Both the position numbers and the translations under genes were made by a program. Positions 17,732 to 28,434 of a DNA stretch of 64,000 bases are shown here, piece by piece. The notes beneath the pieces are model-generated. The model was given only the letters and a program-made list of their open reading frames with translations. It did no database searches and was not told the DNA's origin. Source of the stretch: Candidatus Poribacteria bacterium (GTDB lineage Bacteria > Poribacteria > WGA-4E > PCPOR2b); contig OZ220744.1 in assembly GCA_965116925.1 (NCBI GenBank), positions 4,800,001 through 4,864,000 on the forward strand. Direction: 5' to 3'. Positions within the stretch are counted from its first letter, which is position 1, and every line of letters starts with the position of its first letter.

Positions 17732-18850
17732 ATGAAAGTTACAGACATCAAAGTGCACCTCGTGCGATCAAACCGCAATACCATAATTCCTTCGCCGTGG
17801 ATCCTCGTGCAGGTATTCACCGATGAGGGCGTGGTAGGTCTAGGCGACGCAACGAATTGGCCCGGCGGAACAATCATTAAACAATCAATTGAGGAGTTGA
17901 GCCGGTTTGTTATCGGAGAGGACCCATTTAACATCGAATACATCTACCATCTGTTGTATAACGCCTTGCAACAAATCGGGCAAACCGGGGCGGTGATTGC
18001 TGCAATCAGCGGCATTGAGATCGCGCTATGGGACATCGTGGGGCAGGCAGTGGGCCAGCCGATCTACAACCTACTAGGCGGATCCTGTCGAGATAGAGTG
18101 CGTTTTTATAGCCACGCGGGTGAGCCGGAGGAGTGCGCTCGCTTGACGGAGAAAGGGTGCACCGCTATTAAGGCTTACTTCCCCGGCGGCACACCCCGAC
18201 CGGGGGAACGGATCAACATCCCTTGTTCCATCACTCTCAGCGAGGAACGGATTGCGCTAGCGCACATGCAGCGGTGTCGAGAGGCTGTAGGGGACGAAGT
18301 AGATATTGCAACCGACGTGGGTGCCCGATATACCACGAGTGCAGCGATTCGCTTAGGCAACAGGTTGGAGGAAATTGGACTGTTATTCTATGAGGAGCCG
18401 GTGGGACCAGAAAACATTGACGCACTCGCGAAGGTGACCGCAGCGGTGAACACACCTACCTGCGTTGGGGAACGACGTTACACGCGCTTCGGATTCCGTG
18501 ACCTAATCGCTGCACAGGCGGTGGATATGATCATGCCTGATGTGGTCCGTGCGGGAGGCATTGCGGAGACGAAGAAAATCGCTGCCATGGCAGAGAGCTA
18601 CTATATGCAGGTTTCACCGCACAATCCCAACAGTGCCATCTCGACGCTTGCCAGCGTCCACCTGATGGCGAATATCCCCAACGCGCTTGTCTTGGAGTAT
18701 GTCGATGACGAGCAGGATGCACCGTGGCGTAACGACCTGATGACGGATCCACCGGAGGTAGACAACGGCTATCTGCGACTTCCAACGAAACCGGGACTGG
18801 GGTCACAACTTGTGATGAAGGAAGTGGAAAAACACCGGTTCGATGGGTAG
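17732..18850 (+). CDS. Mandelate racemase family enzyme (galactonate dehydratase-like)
   Basis: TDEGVVGLG, AISGIEIALWDI.G, YEEP, GER, PHN; start at MKVTDIK after AGGAG. Confidence 0.92.
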   Translation: MKVTDIKVHLVRSNRNTIIPSPWILVQVFTDEGVVGLGDATNWPGGTIIKQSIEELSRFVIGEDPFNIEYIYHLLYNALQQIGQTGAVIAAISGIEIALWDIVGQAVGQPIYNLLGGSCRDRVRFYSHAGEPEECARLTEKGCTAIKAYFPGGTPRPGERINIPCSITLSEERIALAHMQRCREAVGDEVDIATDVGARYTTSAAIRLGNRLEEIGLLFYEEPVGPENIDALAKVTAAVNTPTCVGERRYTRFGFRDLIAAQAVDMIMPDVVRAGGIAETKKIAAMAESYYMQVSPHNPNSAISTLASVHLMANIPNALVLEYVDDEQDAPWRNDLMTDPPEVDNGYLRLPTKPGLGSQLVMKEVEKHRFDG

Positions 18851-18929
18851 AAGGGGTTCATTAGTGCATTGGTTCATTGGGGTAATTGTAGTGGGCACGC
18901 TCCACCCCCACTAAGAACGGATTTATGAG

Positions 18930-19373
18930 GTGAAATATAAGATGGAACGAGTAGAATCCTCACCTGATGATTACATCGCGAGCCAACCGTCAGATATCCG
19001 GGTGGTTTTAGAGGAACTGCACACGCTGATTAAGACCGCGCTACCAGATCGGGAGTGCTGTATGTGGGAAGGTGTTTTTTGGGGCGGCAGCGAACAGCAA
19101 ATCATCGGCTATGGTGATTATTCCTACCAGCGTTCTGATAAGATGCAGGTCGAGTGGTTTATCGTTGGGTTGACCCGGCAAAAAAATTATTTCAGTGTGT
19201 ATGTCAATGCGGTTGAAGGAAAAACCTATCTGGCTGAGCTCTATGGCCCCCGACTCGGCAAAGTCAAGATCGGAAAAAGTAGTATTGGTTTTCGGAACCG
19301 GGCGGATATTAATCTGGATGTGTTACGTGAGATGGTCGAACACGCAGGAAGAATAGTAACAACTGACGTTTAA
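18930..19373 (+). CDS. DUF1801-family protein
   Basis: IIGYGDYSY, WFIVGL..QKNYFSVYV, LGKVKIGKS. Confidence 0.85.
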   Translation: MKYKMERVESSPDDYIASQPSDIRVVLEELHTLIKTALPDRECCMWEGVFWGGSEQQIIGYGDYSYQRSDKMQVEWFIVGLTRQKNYFSVYVNAVEGKTYLAELYGPRLGKVKIGKSSIGFRNRADINLDVLREMVEHAGRIVTTDV

Positions 19374-19396
19374 CGCACTCACTCTTGACATGAGCG

Positions 19397-19433
19397 AAAA
19401 AAAATGCCAGACCGTGAGGGAGGCGGTCTGGCA
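19397..19433 (-). terminator. Intrinsic terminator
   Basis: 10-bp perfect stem TGCCAGACCG/CGGTCTGGCA followed by U8 on the minus strand. Confidence 0.85.
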
Positions 19434-19532
19434 ATACTGACGTTCAGGAAGAAAACGCCAGTTGACGTCTAGTTCAAAGATATTGAGAGCAAGACGAAAA
19501 ACTGTGAGCAATTACTATATTGCTCATCAACA
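19397..19532 (-). ncRNA. Candidate ~135-nt small RNA with four hairpins
   Basis: Own promoter, stem-loops and intrinsic terminator; no credible ORF inside. Confidence 0.65.
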
Positions 19533-19538
19533 GACTAT

Positions 19539-19567
19539 AGTATACCCTATCAGGTAACGAAAGTCAA
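19539..19567 (-). promoter_or_regulatory. Sigma70-type promoter
   Basis: TTGACT-N17-TATACT. Confidence 0.75.
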
Positions 19568-19619
19568 GGCAATTTTAACAAATGTGAAACAAATATGAGC
19601 CGATAGAAACTTTGTGCTC

Positions 19620-20831
19620 CTATGCGCCATCCGTAATCCTCTCAGTGATAGCACCGCTCTCCTTATCTCTGATAATCTGCTTCAGGCGACCGTCGGGCAT
19701 TCGCTCTTCCTTAACCAGTGTATAACCCCCGTCAACTTCAACCGCTGTAACGCCAATCTTCTCTACCCCAGTTGCTCCACGCCAATCCTCCAATTCGACT
19801 GACTCCCACTGCTTCGATTTCGCTGACCGATAACACGCATCAATGATGGCGTTTACGACGTATCCATCGTAAAAGGTTTCCATCGGTTCCGTGCCGTTAT
19901 CTAAAGCATTGAGTATATCAACGAACATATCACGGTATCCGAGTTCCCCGACCTCATCACCAACAGGGAAAAGCCATCCTGTATCGGTTTCGGCTTTTTC
20001 AGCGACGTAGCCACCCTGTCCACCCGATGTAAACATCTCCATACCTGTTCGCAACCAGTGGTTGAGCCAGATGGTGCCTTCTGTGCCTGAGACTTCATCG
20101 CGTATATCCATGCCGCCGCGAAACGCCCAACCCACCTCAAACTGTCCCATTGCGCCGTTCTCAAATTTGATCAAGGCAATCCCGTGATCTTCAGCCTCAA
20201 CGGGATGAACGAGGGTATCCGCCCAACACATGACCTCAACGGGTTTAATATCTTTGCCGATAAAGTTACGGATAATTTCGATACAGTGGCAGCCCATGTC
20301 AACGATAGCACCGCCGCCCGCCTGCTCGATATCCCAGAACCAGTCGCTGTGAGGTCCGGGGTGGGTTTCGCGGGAACGCACCCACAACACCTGACCGATC
20401 GCGCCGTTTTTAGCAGATTCAATTGATTTGAGCGTCTTCGGTGGGTAGACCAGATCCTCAAGATAGCCGTGAAAGACACCTGCTTTTTCGACTATATCAA
20501 GCATCCTTTTGGCTTCGGCTGCGTTGCGTCCTAACGGTTTCGTACACAAGATCGCTTTGCCCGCTTCGGCAGCTAGTGCAACCGCTTCCTCGTGCAGATC
20601 GTTGGGAAGACCGATGACCACCACATCGGTTTCTGGATCGTTAATCGCTTCGGCGAGGTTAGTTGTCGATTTAGGGATGTCCCATTCAGCTGCAAAATCT
20701 TTCGCTCGCTCCTCAGTGCGTGAATATACCACATGAACGCGGTCCCGGCTCCGCTGCCCGTGGAGCGTCATTGTATAGAACATACCGATGAGCCCTGTCC
20801 CTAACATTGTAACCTTATGTGTTTTGTCCAT
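19620..20831 (-). CDS. Gfo/Idh/MocA oxidoreductase
   Basis: [24 protein letters not shown]. Confidence 0.92.
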   Translation of the reverse strand: MDKTHKVTMLGTGLIGMFYTMTLHGQRSRDRVHVVYSRTEERAKDFAAEWDIPKSTTNLAEAINDPETDVVVIGLPNDLHEEAVALAAEAGKAILCTKPLGRNAAEAKRMLDIVEKAGVFHGYLEDLVYPPKTLKSIESAKNGAIGQVLWVRSRETHPGPHSDWFWDIEQAGGGAIVDMGCHCIEIIRNFIGKDIKPVEVMCWADTLVHPVEAEDHGIALIKFENGAMGQFEVGWAFRGGMDIRDEVSGTEGTIWLNHWLRTGMEMFTSGGQGGYVAEKAETDTGWLFPVGDEVGELGYRDMFVDILNALDNGTEPMETFYDGYVVNAIIDACYRSAKSKQWESVELEDWRGATGVEKIGVTAVEVDGGYTLVKEERMPDGRLKQIIRDKESGAITERITDGA

Positions 20832-20991
20832 TAGTTCTCCTCTTTTCTGTGCGCTGGGGTTATAGTGAGATCTTGTCGCGTGGGTTTGACATTCTGTGTA
20901 AAACCTGTTAGGAATATCTTATCAGATTTCTTGAGTTGGGTCAATTTCAAAGTAAGAAGTCGGGATTCGGAAATCCCTCCTACAGGAGAAC

Positions 20992-21196
20992 TATAGTAGA
21001 TGTTAGAATTAATGAGACACTCTCAATACACAGCCAACCCCCTAAATTCCCCAACTCTCCTGACAAGGGGAGAAGATAAGAGAGGATCTTCTCCCTTGTC
21101 TTTCCCCTCTTATCAGAGGGGTTCAGGGGGACTTTGAAGATTTTGCACCGGTTGAAATTATTAGTAAATGTATCCTTATTTCTCGTGTTTACTATA
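20992..21196. mobile_element. MITE family D (TA-flanked, IS630/mariner-like ends) with CCCCCTAAA...AGGGGGACTT cargo
   Basis: Left TATAGTAGATGTTAGAATTAATGAGACA vs reverse complement of right TATAGTAAACACGAGAAATAAGGATACA. Confidence 0.65.
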
Positions 21197-21266
21197 AATG
21201 AATCGTGCGAATCTTGATAAAAATCAGGAGGTATGTTAGACTTGATTTTCAAAGGAATGGTGAATT

Positions 21267-22085
21267 ATGTGCAGCTATCTACCCAATCTGATGTCTTACG
21301 TTTCACGCCTCACGTTTCACGTTCTACTATTTGTTGGCGCAATTGGACACCCTCAAGGGTTCGCATCGTCGGAGATGGTGCGTATCCCCGCTGGCTCCTT
21401 TCAGATGGGGAGCGATAACGGTAGACCCAATGAAACACCCGTGCATCAGGTCTCAATGGAAGAATTTTATATTGACAAGTATGAAACAACCAATGCCGAC
21501 TATCGAGCATTTGTTTTGGCAAACCGTCAATGGCAAAAGTCAGCCGTCAAGGTAAGGGATTATCTCAAGCATTGGGTTGGAAACGACTTTCCTGTTGGTA
21601 TGGATCGGTATCCCGTAACGTATGTCACCCATGAAGCAGCGCAAGCGTATTGCGAATGGCATGGGAAACGGTTGCCGACGGAAGCGGAATGGGAGAAAGC
21701 AGCGCGAGGCGGGCAGCCGGGGCAGCTCTATCCGTGGGGAAATCAGGTTGACCCAGACGCAGCGAACTACGATTCAAGAGATATACGCAGCGGCGGGTTG
21801 AAAAACATGCGGCGATACCTGAAACCTGTTGACCACTTTCCACCGAATGGCTACGCCCTCTACAACATGGGAGGTAACGTGGCGGAATGGTGCACGGATA
21901 GATACCTGCCAAGTTACCGTAGAAATGACGTGAATCAACGAACATCTCCCGCCAAGGGACCGTTTGTTATTCGAGGCGGAAGTTGGTTTGATCCGATATT
22001 CGATCTGCGTTGCGCCGCGCGCGCTTATGCCCTATCAGGCGCGTATTACCATATCGGCTTTCGGTGTGTCAAAGCCAAGAATTGA
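21267..22085 (+). CDS. FGE-sulfatase domain (SUMF1/EgtB/PvdO-family) protein
   Basis: FQMGS, YETTNADY, RLPTEAEWEKAARGG, MGGNVAEW, RGGSW, IGFRC; start uncertain. Confidence 0.9.
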   Translation: MCSYLPNLMSYVSRLTFHVLLFVGAIGHPQGFASSEMVRIPAGSFQMGSDNGRPNETPVHQVSMEEFYIDKYETTNADYRAFVLANRQWQKSAVKVRDYLKHWVGNDFPVGMDRYPVTYVTHEAAQAYCEWHGKRLPTEAEWEKAARGGQPGQLYPWGNQVDPDAANYDSRDIRSGGLKNMRRYLKPVDHFPPNGYALYNMGGNVAEWCTDRYLPSYRRNDVNQRTSPAKGPFVIRGGSWFDPIFDLRCAARAYALSGAYYHIGFRCVKAKN

Positions 22086-22211
22086 GGGGGATTGTCATTG
22101 CGCTGTGATTACGGCATACGGAGTATGCCTGCTACTATCCCTTTTCGTTTGCGTGCAACTGACCTATGTGCTAAAATGCACAAAACATCGGCTTACAATC
22201 TTATAACCTAT

Positions 22212-22350
22212 TAGGACTTACGCACTTGAACGCTCAAAGCGGGCAACCACAAGGGTTGCCCCTACAGTCAGATTTTCGGTTTATAGTCGGGCGAGCCTGT
22301 CGGGACGCGCAATGAATTGCGCTACTACAAACTGAACTGCGTAACTCCTA
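22212..22350. mobile_element. MITE family B (TAGGACTTACGCA ends) carrying two GTAG REPs
   Basis: Ends TAGGACTTACGCA / TGCGTAACTCCTA; flanking duplication ACCTAT; REPs at 22241-22265 and 22304-22335. Confidence 0.82.
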
Positions 22351-22386
22351 ACCTATACTTAAAACTGTCGAGAGGAGTATCAATCA

Positions 22387-23391
22387 ATGGAATATAGTAT
22401 CCTAGGCAATTCTGGCGTCCAAGTTTCACGACTTTGTCTTGGCGCGATGATGTTTGGCAGCCCAACGAATGAGAGTGATTCAATCAAGATTATCGAACGT
22501 GCAATCGATGCCGGAATCAATTTTATTGATACGGCGAATGTCTACAACGCAGGCGAATCGGAACGAATTGTCGGCAAGGCTGTCCAAGCTTGTCGTGACG
22601 ATGTGCTTATCGCAACAAAGGTGAGCGGAGCGATGGGGGAAGGACTTAACCGATCCGGTACGAGTCGTCACCACATCATGATGGCGGTGGAGGATAGTCT
22701 CAGACGACTTGATACAGATTATATCGACCTGTATTACCTACATCGTTGGAATGCGCTGACACCGATAGAAGAGTCGGTCCGTGCGTTGGATGATTGCGTC
22801 AGGCAGGGTAAAGTTCGATATATCGGTGGCTCCAACTTCGATGCGTGGCGACTTTGCGAGGCGTGGTGGAAGAGCGATCGCATGAATTTAGAAAAATTTA
22901 TCTGTCTGCAACCACTCTACAACATTGTCAATCGGGACGTTGAAGTTGAGTTACTGCCGTTTTGCGAAGCTTATAACGTAGGTGTCGTGTCCTATAGTCC
23001 CTTAGCACGCGGTGTGCTAACTGGCAAATATCTGCCCGGGCAACCGCCTCCTCCCGGCTCACGGGCGGCCCGTCAGGACCGTCGGATACTGCAAACCGAA
23101 TTACGCGAAGAAAGCTACGAGGTCGCGCAAAAAATCCAACCGTTGGCAGCGGCACACGATAAAACGCTGGCACAATTTGCCTTGGCTTGGACCCTTGCAA
23201 ATCCAACCATTACTTCCGTTATTATTGGTCCCAAAAATTTAGAGCAACTTGAAGACAATCTCGGCTGCCTCGATTGCGCTATCAGCCCGGAGGACGAAGC
23301 AGCGGTAGACCAACTCGTTCCGCCCGGCGAGCATACTGGGAAAGGCTATAACGATCCCATGTACCCTGTCTTGGGACGCTCAAACCAGTAG
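22387..23391 (+). CDS. Aldo/keto reductase
   Basis: VSRLCLG, FIDTANVY, IATKV, SLRRLDTDYIDLYYLH, YSPLARG. Confidence 0.93.
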   Translation: MEYSILGNSGVQVSRLCLGAMMFGSPTNESDSIKIIERAIDAGINFIDTANVYNAGESERIVGKAVQACRDDVLIATKVSGAMGEGLNRSGTSRHHIMMAVEDSLRRLDTDYIDLYYLHRWNALTPIEESVRALDDCVRQGKVRYIGGSNFDAWRLCEAWWKSDRMNLEKFICLQPLYNIVNRDVEVELLPFCEAYNVGVVSYSPLARGVLTGKYLPGQPPPPGSRAARQDRRILQTELREESYEVAQKIQPLAAAHDKTLAQFALAWTLANPTITSVIIGPKNLEQLEDNLGCLDCAISPEDEAAVDQLVPPGEHTGKGYNDPMYPVLGRSNQ

Positions 23392-23468
23392 CAAACCCGA
23401 AAACCATTAGTTGATTGGTTCAGTAATGAACTAATGAACTCTTGAACCCATGAACCAAGGAGGATAAC

Positions 23469-25235
23469 CTAAAAGGCGTGCCCGATTGCGTAGGTGAAAA
23501 CCGGTATGAGCGATGGTTTTTCCGGTCCGTCCAATGGGTACGCCAAATCCGCACGATAGACTCGAGATCCACTCAGTTTGGGGAGCCCCAACCGCAGCCC
23601 AAATCCTACACTCCGCTTGGGGGTTTCTATATCAACAGCATCCCCCGTCCAGATATAACCGATATCAGCAAAGATTGCTGACCCAACCACGATCAGCGGG
23701 TGTTCCCAGAAAATTGTTCGGCTTTCAAGGTTGAGGCGAATCTTTTTGGTGCCACTGAATTGCCGGGGGTCATATCCACGCAGTCCACTGTTTCCACCGA
23801 GAAGCACTTGCTGTTCTCCCTCAAGTCCGAATTGCATCTCCGCAGAAATCCGTGCGGCAAGGGTTTGACGCAGAAAGAGATTCTTGCGTACTGCTTTGAT
23901 GCTCATCTGAAACATCGAATCCCCTTCTTCATGTGCAAGAAAACGGGTTGTAACCCCGGTGCGACCATTTACGAAAAGTAGATCTTGATATGCTTGGGAG
24001 GCGTTGAGAAACAAACTCACCCTTGTTTCTCTGCGATCTGCACCGTAAAACGGGTGAGCGCGACCGATTGACACACCGTACCCATATCCGACCCCAATAT
24101 CTTCAACACGACCCATCTTATTGAGAAAGCGTGTGCGGACAAAGTTGACTTTTCTATGACCGAGTGAAACCCCAATCAGTCTTGTGTTTCTGTCCTGAAA
24201 GTTAACGGTGGAAGATGGCAATCTCTCAATCTCATTGAAATGATTGCGCTCAGAGACCATCCAGAGCGCGATCTGCGTCTGTCGCCGACGGTCACCAAAG
24301 GAACGGATGATCTGCCCGGACTCCGATTGCCTACTTTGGGTGAAGACAGCTGTTTTCACACCCTGTTCATACCAGCGGGCTTCATCTCTAGATTCAGCGG
24401 CTGTAAACTCCGCACTCCAACGGGTCTGGAGTGAATACAACGGACGTTTTAGACTCGCATCCCATGAGATGCCTTCCCGCTTTTGGGTATACACACCGTC
24501 GAATTCCCAATGTGAATCAAACAGGCGAAAGACTCTATAGAGGCCACTGATAAGGTGGCGTGGATCTTCTCCTTCTTCACGAATCTGCTGGTAACGGAGG
24601 CGACCGCTGTCCCCGGAACCAAATACATTTGAATCGGACAGCGCGACTAAAAAACCGGTTTTATCTTTACTGAACGCGGGGACATCTAAGGCGGGGAAAA
24701 AAGTCCATAGGTCTGTGACTTCAACCTCTATTAAAATAAGATTGGTTTCTGGGTCCCGCGTCGCAAGGATTTCCGCGCTTCCTAAATACGGCTTTCGGCG
24801 CAGGATACGCTCACTTTCCAGTTCATCGTCCTGTATGTAAACATCGCCGCGTTTGAAAAGCAGCTCTTGCCTGATTACATCAGTTTTAGTACGGGTATTT
24901 CCTTTTATTGTAATTCGTCCAATCCTTCCCTCGTCGATGTAGATTCTGAGATAAACACCATCAGAGAACTTTAAGAATACAAGCTGCTCTTCATCAACTC
25001 GAGCGAACTGATATCCGTGCATTTGGTAAAAACTGGCAATCCATTCAAAGTCCTGGCGGAGCAGGTTAGGATCATAATCATCACCAGCCTGTGACTGCAT
25101 CAAGCTGAGAATTTTCTCGCTAGAGAACGCTTCATTTCCTGTGACAATAATATTGCGGATTGGAACCGAATCGGCAGGCAATGTTTGGGGAAGGAGAATT
25201 AAAATGATAAGGGTGAGGGGGCAAAGACATTTCAT
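23469..25235 (-). CDS. BamA/TamA (Omp85) family outer-membrane protein
   Basis: Two POTRA-like domains (GN..F, GNTRTK..VIRQE), LRGY, FADIG, GFGLR, terminal F. Confidence 0.88.
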   Translation of the reverse strand: MKCLCPLTLIILILLPQTLPADSVPIRNIIVTGNEAFSSEKILSLMQSQAGDDYDPNLLRQDFEWIASFYQMHGYQFARVDEEQLVFLKFSDGVYLRIYIDEGRIGRITIKGNTRTKTDVIRQELLFKRGDVYIQDDELESERILRRKPYLGSAEILATRDPETNLILIEVEVTDLWTFFPALDVPAFSKDKTGFLVALSDSNVFGSGDSGRLRYQQIREEGEDPRHLISGLYRVFRLFDSHWEFDGVYTQKREGISWDASLKRPLYSLQTRWSAEFTAAESRDEARWYEQGVKTAVFTQSRQSESGQIIRSFGDRRRQTQIALWMVSERNHFNEIERLPSSTVNFQDRNTRLIGVSLGHRKVNFVRTRFLNKMGRVEDIGVGYGYGVSIGRAHPFYGADRRETRVSLFLNASQAYQDLLFVNGRTGVTTRFLAHEEGDSMFQMSIKAVRKNLFLRQTLAARISAEMQFGLEGEQQVLLGGNSGLRGYDPRQFSGTKKIRLNLESRTIFWEHPLIVVGSAIFADIGYIWTGDAVDIETPKRSVGFGLRLGLPKLSGSRVYRADLAYPLDGPEKPSLIPVFTYAIGHAF

Positions 25236-25256
25236 TGGTAGATTGGGAGATATTAT

Positions 25257-27353
25257 TCATGTCTGACTTGGCACAGAATCATCAGCAATAGCACTTTCCC
25301 GATTGGATAGAATCCCCTCAATCAACATTAAAATGAGGGCGATAAGTAACAACTCACTCCAGATTTCCACTCCAACCCGGTATGTGTTGAGCATCTGTTC
25401 TAAAGCCTCTGATTCTGAAATGACCGCTGTCTGCGCCCCAATTCGCTCTGCAGCTTCCTGAATGGGGATGGGTTGTAGTTCCGATTCCGTTGCATCAACA
25501 TTCACGGCGAAAAAATCTTGCAGGAGTGTATCTCTACCCTGTCCCTCAACTTGATAGATGCCGGGGACATCTGTCCCACCAAACGTGAGCGAACCATCCT
25601 CGGCAAGTGAAAGTGTCTCTGACAAATGGGGTGTATCCCCCAAGCGCGTTATCTGTGTGGTTGTTGCCCCACTCCAGCGGTAGTTTGCCGTGTACGACTC
25701 ACCAACAATTAGATTTCTTTGATGCACAGATTGAGCCGCCTTTGTGTAAAGTACAGCTTGTTGCAACAAAGGGAGGAAGTTCTGATTGACCAATAGGCTC
25801 GATGCGTCGGACTGAATCGCAGACACATTAAAGAGCAGTGCTATCCCTCGGTCAATAGAGCGTTCGATAAGAAATGGTGTGCCATCGCTCAATTGCGCAA
25901 CAATCCTTGCATCTTCAGCCGGCTCCAACTCCACACCACGATAAAATTGTGGGGCGTATTGCCCTTCAAAATCTTCCCCCTTAAAGACCTCAAAGATTGG
26001 GGAATCCGCTTTGTAATTTGCCAAGGTTAATGGCGGCTGCCACGCTGTCGGTTGCCCCACAGCTGCAGGCAACCAATCAGCAAACGCATTATAACTAGCT
26101 GTATCAACGTCATCCCCCACAAAGTAGATTACACTTTTGCCTGCCCGCATGAACGCTTGCAATTGTTGCTGAACACGGGTTGAGAATGCGGGCACGTCCG
26201 CTAAAATCAGGATGTCATACTCTGTTAGCGTTAGGTCCTCTAATGCTTCCAAGGAAGCGGTTGCTGGTAAAAAAGAAGAACCGGTGTTTGGTCGCGCCTG
26301 AACTGCTGGGTTTAATGCGAGTGCCAAGTACATCGTTTGAACACCGACGCAAAGCACACGAATTTGGCCATAAGCATCAAGAACGAAGTAACGACGATTA
26401 TCAATAGGCAGCCGATCCGTAGTCAATTCCAGATAGCCGGTGTGCGTGCCGGGCGATTCAAATTGATGCGTAAAAGTCAATGTCACCGACTCGCCCGCCC
26501 CCGCTTGAGGACTGATGGATCGCCGTTTCTGTTCGTCGATAAACAGCGTCAGTGTCGTATCAGCCAGAGGTGCATCGGAATGAACCCCTATTGCTACCTC
26601 CAATTCAATGGGCAATCCCAAACCAATTAGTTGGTTAGAGGCTTGAACTTCTTCAATGCTTATATTATCGGTAACTTCATCATCAAGCGGAAGTAGAAAA
26701 ATCCTCGCCCCAGATCGGTTGGGCACACGATTCCAGTGCGTCCAGCCATTACGATTAAAATCGGAGATTAAGTAAATCTCCTTGTTCGGATCGTTGGACG
26801 TTTCAAGGATGTCGTGCGCCATTTCGAGGCTGGGTGGAACCAGCGTTGCGCGGTAAGAGATCTGGGCACGACGAATTACCTCCCTTATCTGATTCAGGTC
26901 CTTCGTCAATTTGGGAAAGAGTGAATCGGGGATATCAGACATTAAAATCACGGAGGCACTGTCGCCGCGTTGAAGGGATTGAGCAATCTCAAGTGCCATC
27001 CCTTTTGCGACTTCAAATCTTCCTCCCTGAATGCCCTGATACCCCATACTGTAAGAATTGTCCAGAATAATGACGACGCTGGTTTTTGTTCTTCCACCGG
27101 CGAAGGCGAATCGGTTTTTAAGCAGGGGACGTGCAAGTGCAAGGGCAATCAGTATGATGATCAGCACTCGCAAGAGCAAGATTAGCAGATGCTTGAGTTG
27201 AATGCGTCGAACATTTTGCCGATGGGCGGCCAAGAGAAACATCAGGCTGCTAAAATCTACCGTTTTCGCTTGATGTCGTCTCCAAAGGTGGATGATTAGC
27301 GGTACGGCGGCAGCAAGTATGCCCAACAGGAAAATCGGATTAAGGAATCCCAA
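25257..27353 (-). CDS. BatA N-terminal / VWA domain protein
   Basis: FLNP.FL.G......P.IIHL, LARP, MIDAS DNSYSM, C-terminal TM. Confidence 0.88.
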   Translation of the reverse strand: MGFLNPIFLLGILAAAVPLIIHLWRRHQAKTVDFSSLMFLLAAHRQNVRRIQLKHLLILLLRVLIIILIALALARPLLKNRFAFAGGRTKTSVVIILDNSYSMGYQGIQGGRFEVAKGMALEIAQSLQRGDSASVILMSDIPDSLFPKLTKDLNQIREVIRRAQISYRATLVPPSLEMAHDILETSNDPNKEIYLISDFNRNGWTHWNRVPNRSGARIFLLPLDDEVTDNISIEEVQASNQLIGLGLPIELEVAIGVHSDAPLADTTLTLFIDEQKRRSISPQAGAGESVTLTFTHQFESPGTHTGYLELTTDRLPIDNRRYFVLDAYGQIRVLCVGVQTMYLALALNPAVQARPNTGSSFLPATASLEALEDLTLTEYDILILADVPAFSTRVQQQLQAFMRAGKSVIYFVGDDVDTASYNAFADWLPAAVGQPTAWQPPLTLANYKADSPIFEVFKGEDFEGQYAPQFYRGVELEPAEDARIVAQLSDGTPFLIERSIDRGIALLFNVSAIQSDASSLLVNQNFLPLLQQAVLYTKAAQSVHQRNLIVGESYTANYRWSGATTTQITRLGDTPHLSETLSLAEDGSLTFGGTDVPGIYQVEGQGRDTLLQDFFAVNVDATESELQPIPIQEAAERIGAQTAVISESEALEQMLNTYRVGVEIWSELLLIALILMLIEGILSNRESAIADDSVPSQT

Positions 27354-27394
27354 TAGTTTTGTGCCTTATCTCGTTAATTAGCAACCGTAACGAC

Positions 27395-28339
27395 TTAATA
27401 CCCCTTCCGTTTATCTATGACGCTCAACAGGGGTTTATCCGCCATAAGCCTTTCGAGGTTATCACAGAACAATCCAATTGTCCGGTCAAGCCGAATGGGT
27501 GAACCACCCGCCGCATGAGGCGTGATGATAACTCTAGGCATATCCCAAAGTGGGCTATCCTGCGGCAAAGGCTCCTCTGGTGTTACATCAAGTCCTGCTC
27601 CGCCTATCCGTCCCTCATTCAATGCACGGAGGAGACTTGGTCCATCAACGATCTTGCCGCGTGTTACGTTAATGAGTAGCGCGTGCGGTTTCATCCGCTG
27701 AAATGCCGCATCATTAAACATACCGTGCGTTTCCGGCGTCAAAGGGGCGCAGATTGACACAACGTCCGATTCCTCAAGGAGGTCATAGAACCGGTCCATT
27801 TTCCAAACTTCGTGGACAAACGGGGGCGGATCCACATCTTCTGGATCAACCGCGATCACGCGCATATCAAAGCCTTGCGCGCGTTTAGCAACATCAATCC
27901 CTGTGCCACCAAGTCCAACGATGCCAAGTGTACGTCCTTCAAGTTCCCACGTCTCTCCACGAATGGACATCCGGTTTTCCCAAGTCCGTTCGCGGACAGC
28001 ACGACCAATACCTCTGAGTATACCGAGGATTAATGCCCACGTCTGATCTGCGAGATGGGGTCCGACAAATCCTTTCGCACTTGTCAGGATGACATCGCTT
28101 TCAACAAACTCAGGGAAAAGCACACCGTCAACGCCTGCGCCGAGTGTTTGTACCCATTTGAGTTGTTGAGCGTTATCAAAGAGGGCGCGGCTAAGTCCAC
28201 CGAGGATCACATCGGTGTCTACGACCTCCTTGAGCTGTGCCTCATTGTCTTGGGGTTGGACGATCTGAATATCAGCGGAAACGAGTTGAATACGTTGCAG
28301 GTGTTCCGGCTCAACTTCCGTATTTATCATGACTTTCAT
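27395..28339 (-). CDS. D-2-hydroxyacid dehydrogenase
   Basis: GLGGTG, INVTRG, GLDVT.EEP, ITPH. Confidence 0.92.
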   Translation of the reverse strand: MKVMINTEVEPEHLQRIQLVSADIQIVQPQDNEAQLKEVVDTDVILGGLSRALFDNAQQLKWVQTLGAGVDGVLFPEFVESDVILTSAKGFVGPHLADQTWALILGILRGIGRAVRERTWENRMSIRGETWELEGRTLGIVGLGGTGIDVAKRAQGFDMRVIAVDPEDVDPPPFVHEVWKMDRFYDLLEESDVVSICAPLTPETHGMFNDAAFQRMKPHALLINVTRGKIVDGPSLLRALNEGRIGGAGLDVTPEEPLPQDSPLWDMPRVIITPHAAGGSPIRLDRTIGLFCDNLERLMADKPLLSVIDKRKGY

Positions 28340-28434
28340 TTGCCAATCTCCTCATGGTTTTGGAATCGTCCTTACAGATTTCAGACGGTTTCCAGCCTAA
28401 AATTTCACATCTCAATTTGAAAGGAGCAACAACC

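Noticed and set aside
19323..19511. 62-aa minus-strand ORF
   Set aside because: TTG start without RBS, runs through the terminator and a MITE end; better explained as ncRNA
20980..21252. 90-aa minus-strand ORF
   Set aside because: Lies mostly within a MITE and its hairpin cargo
21267..22085. FGE-domain gene as a DGR target or as the sulfatase-activating enzyme
   Set aside because: No template repeat or reverse transcriptase in the window; lacks the catalytic Cys pair of true FGE
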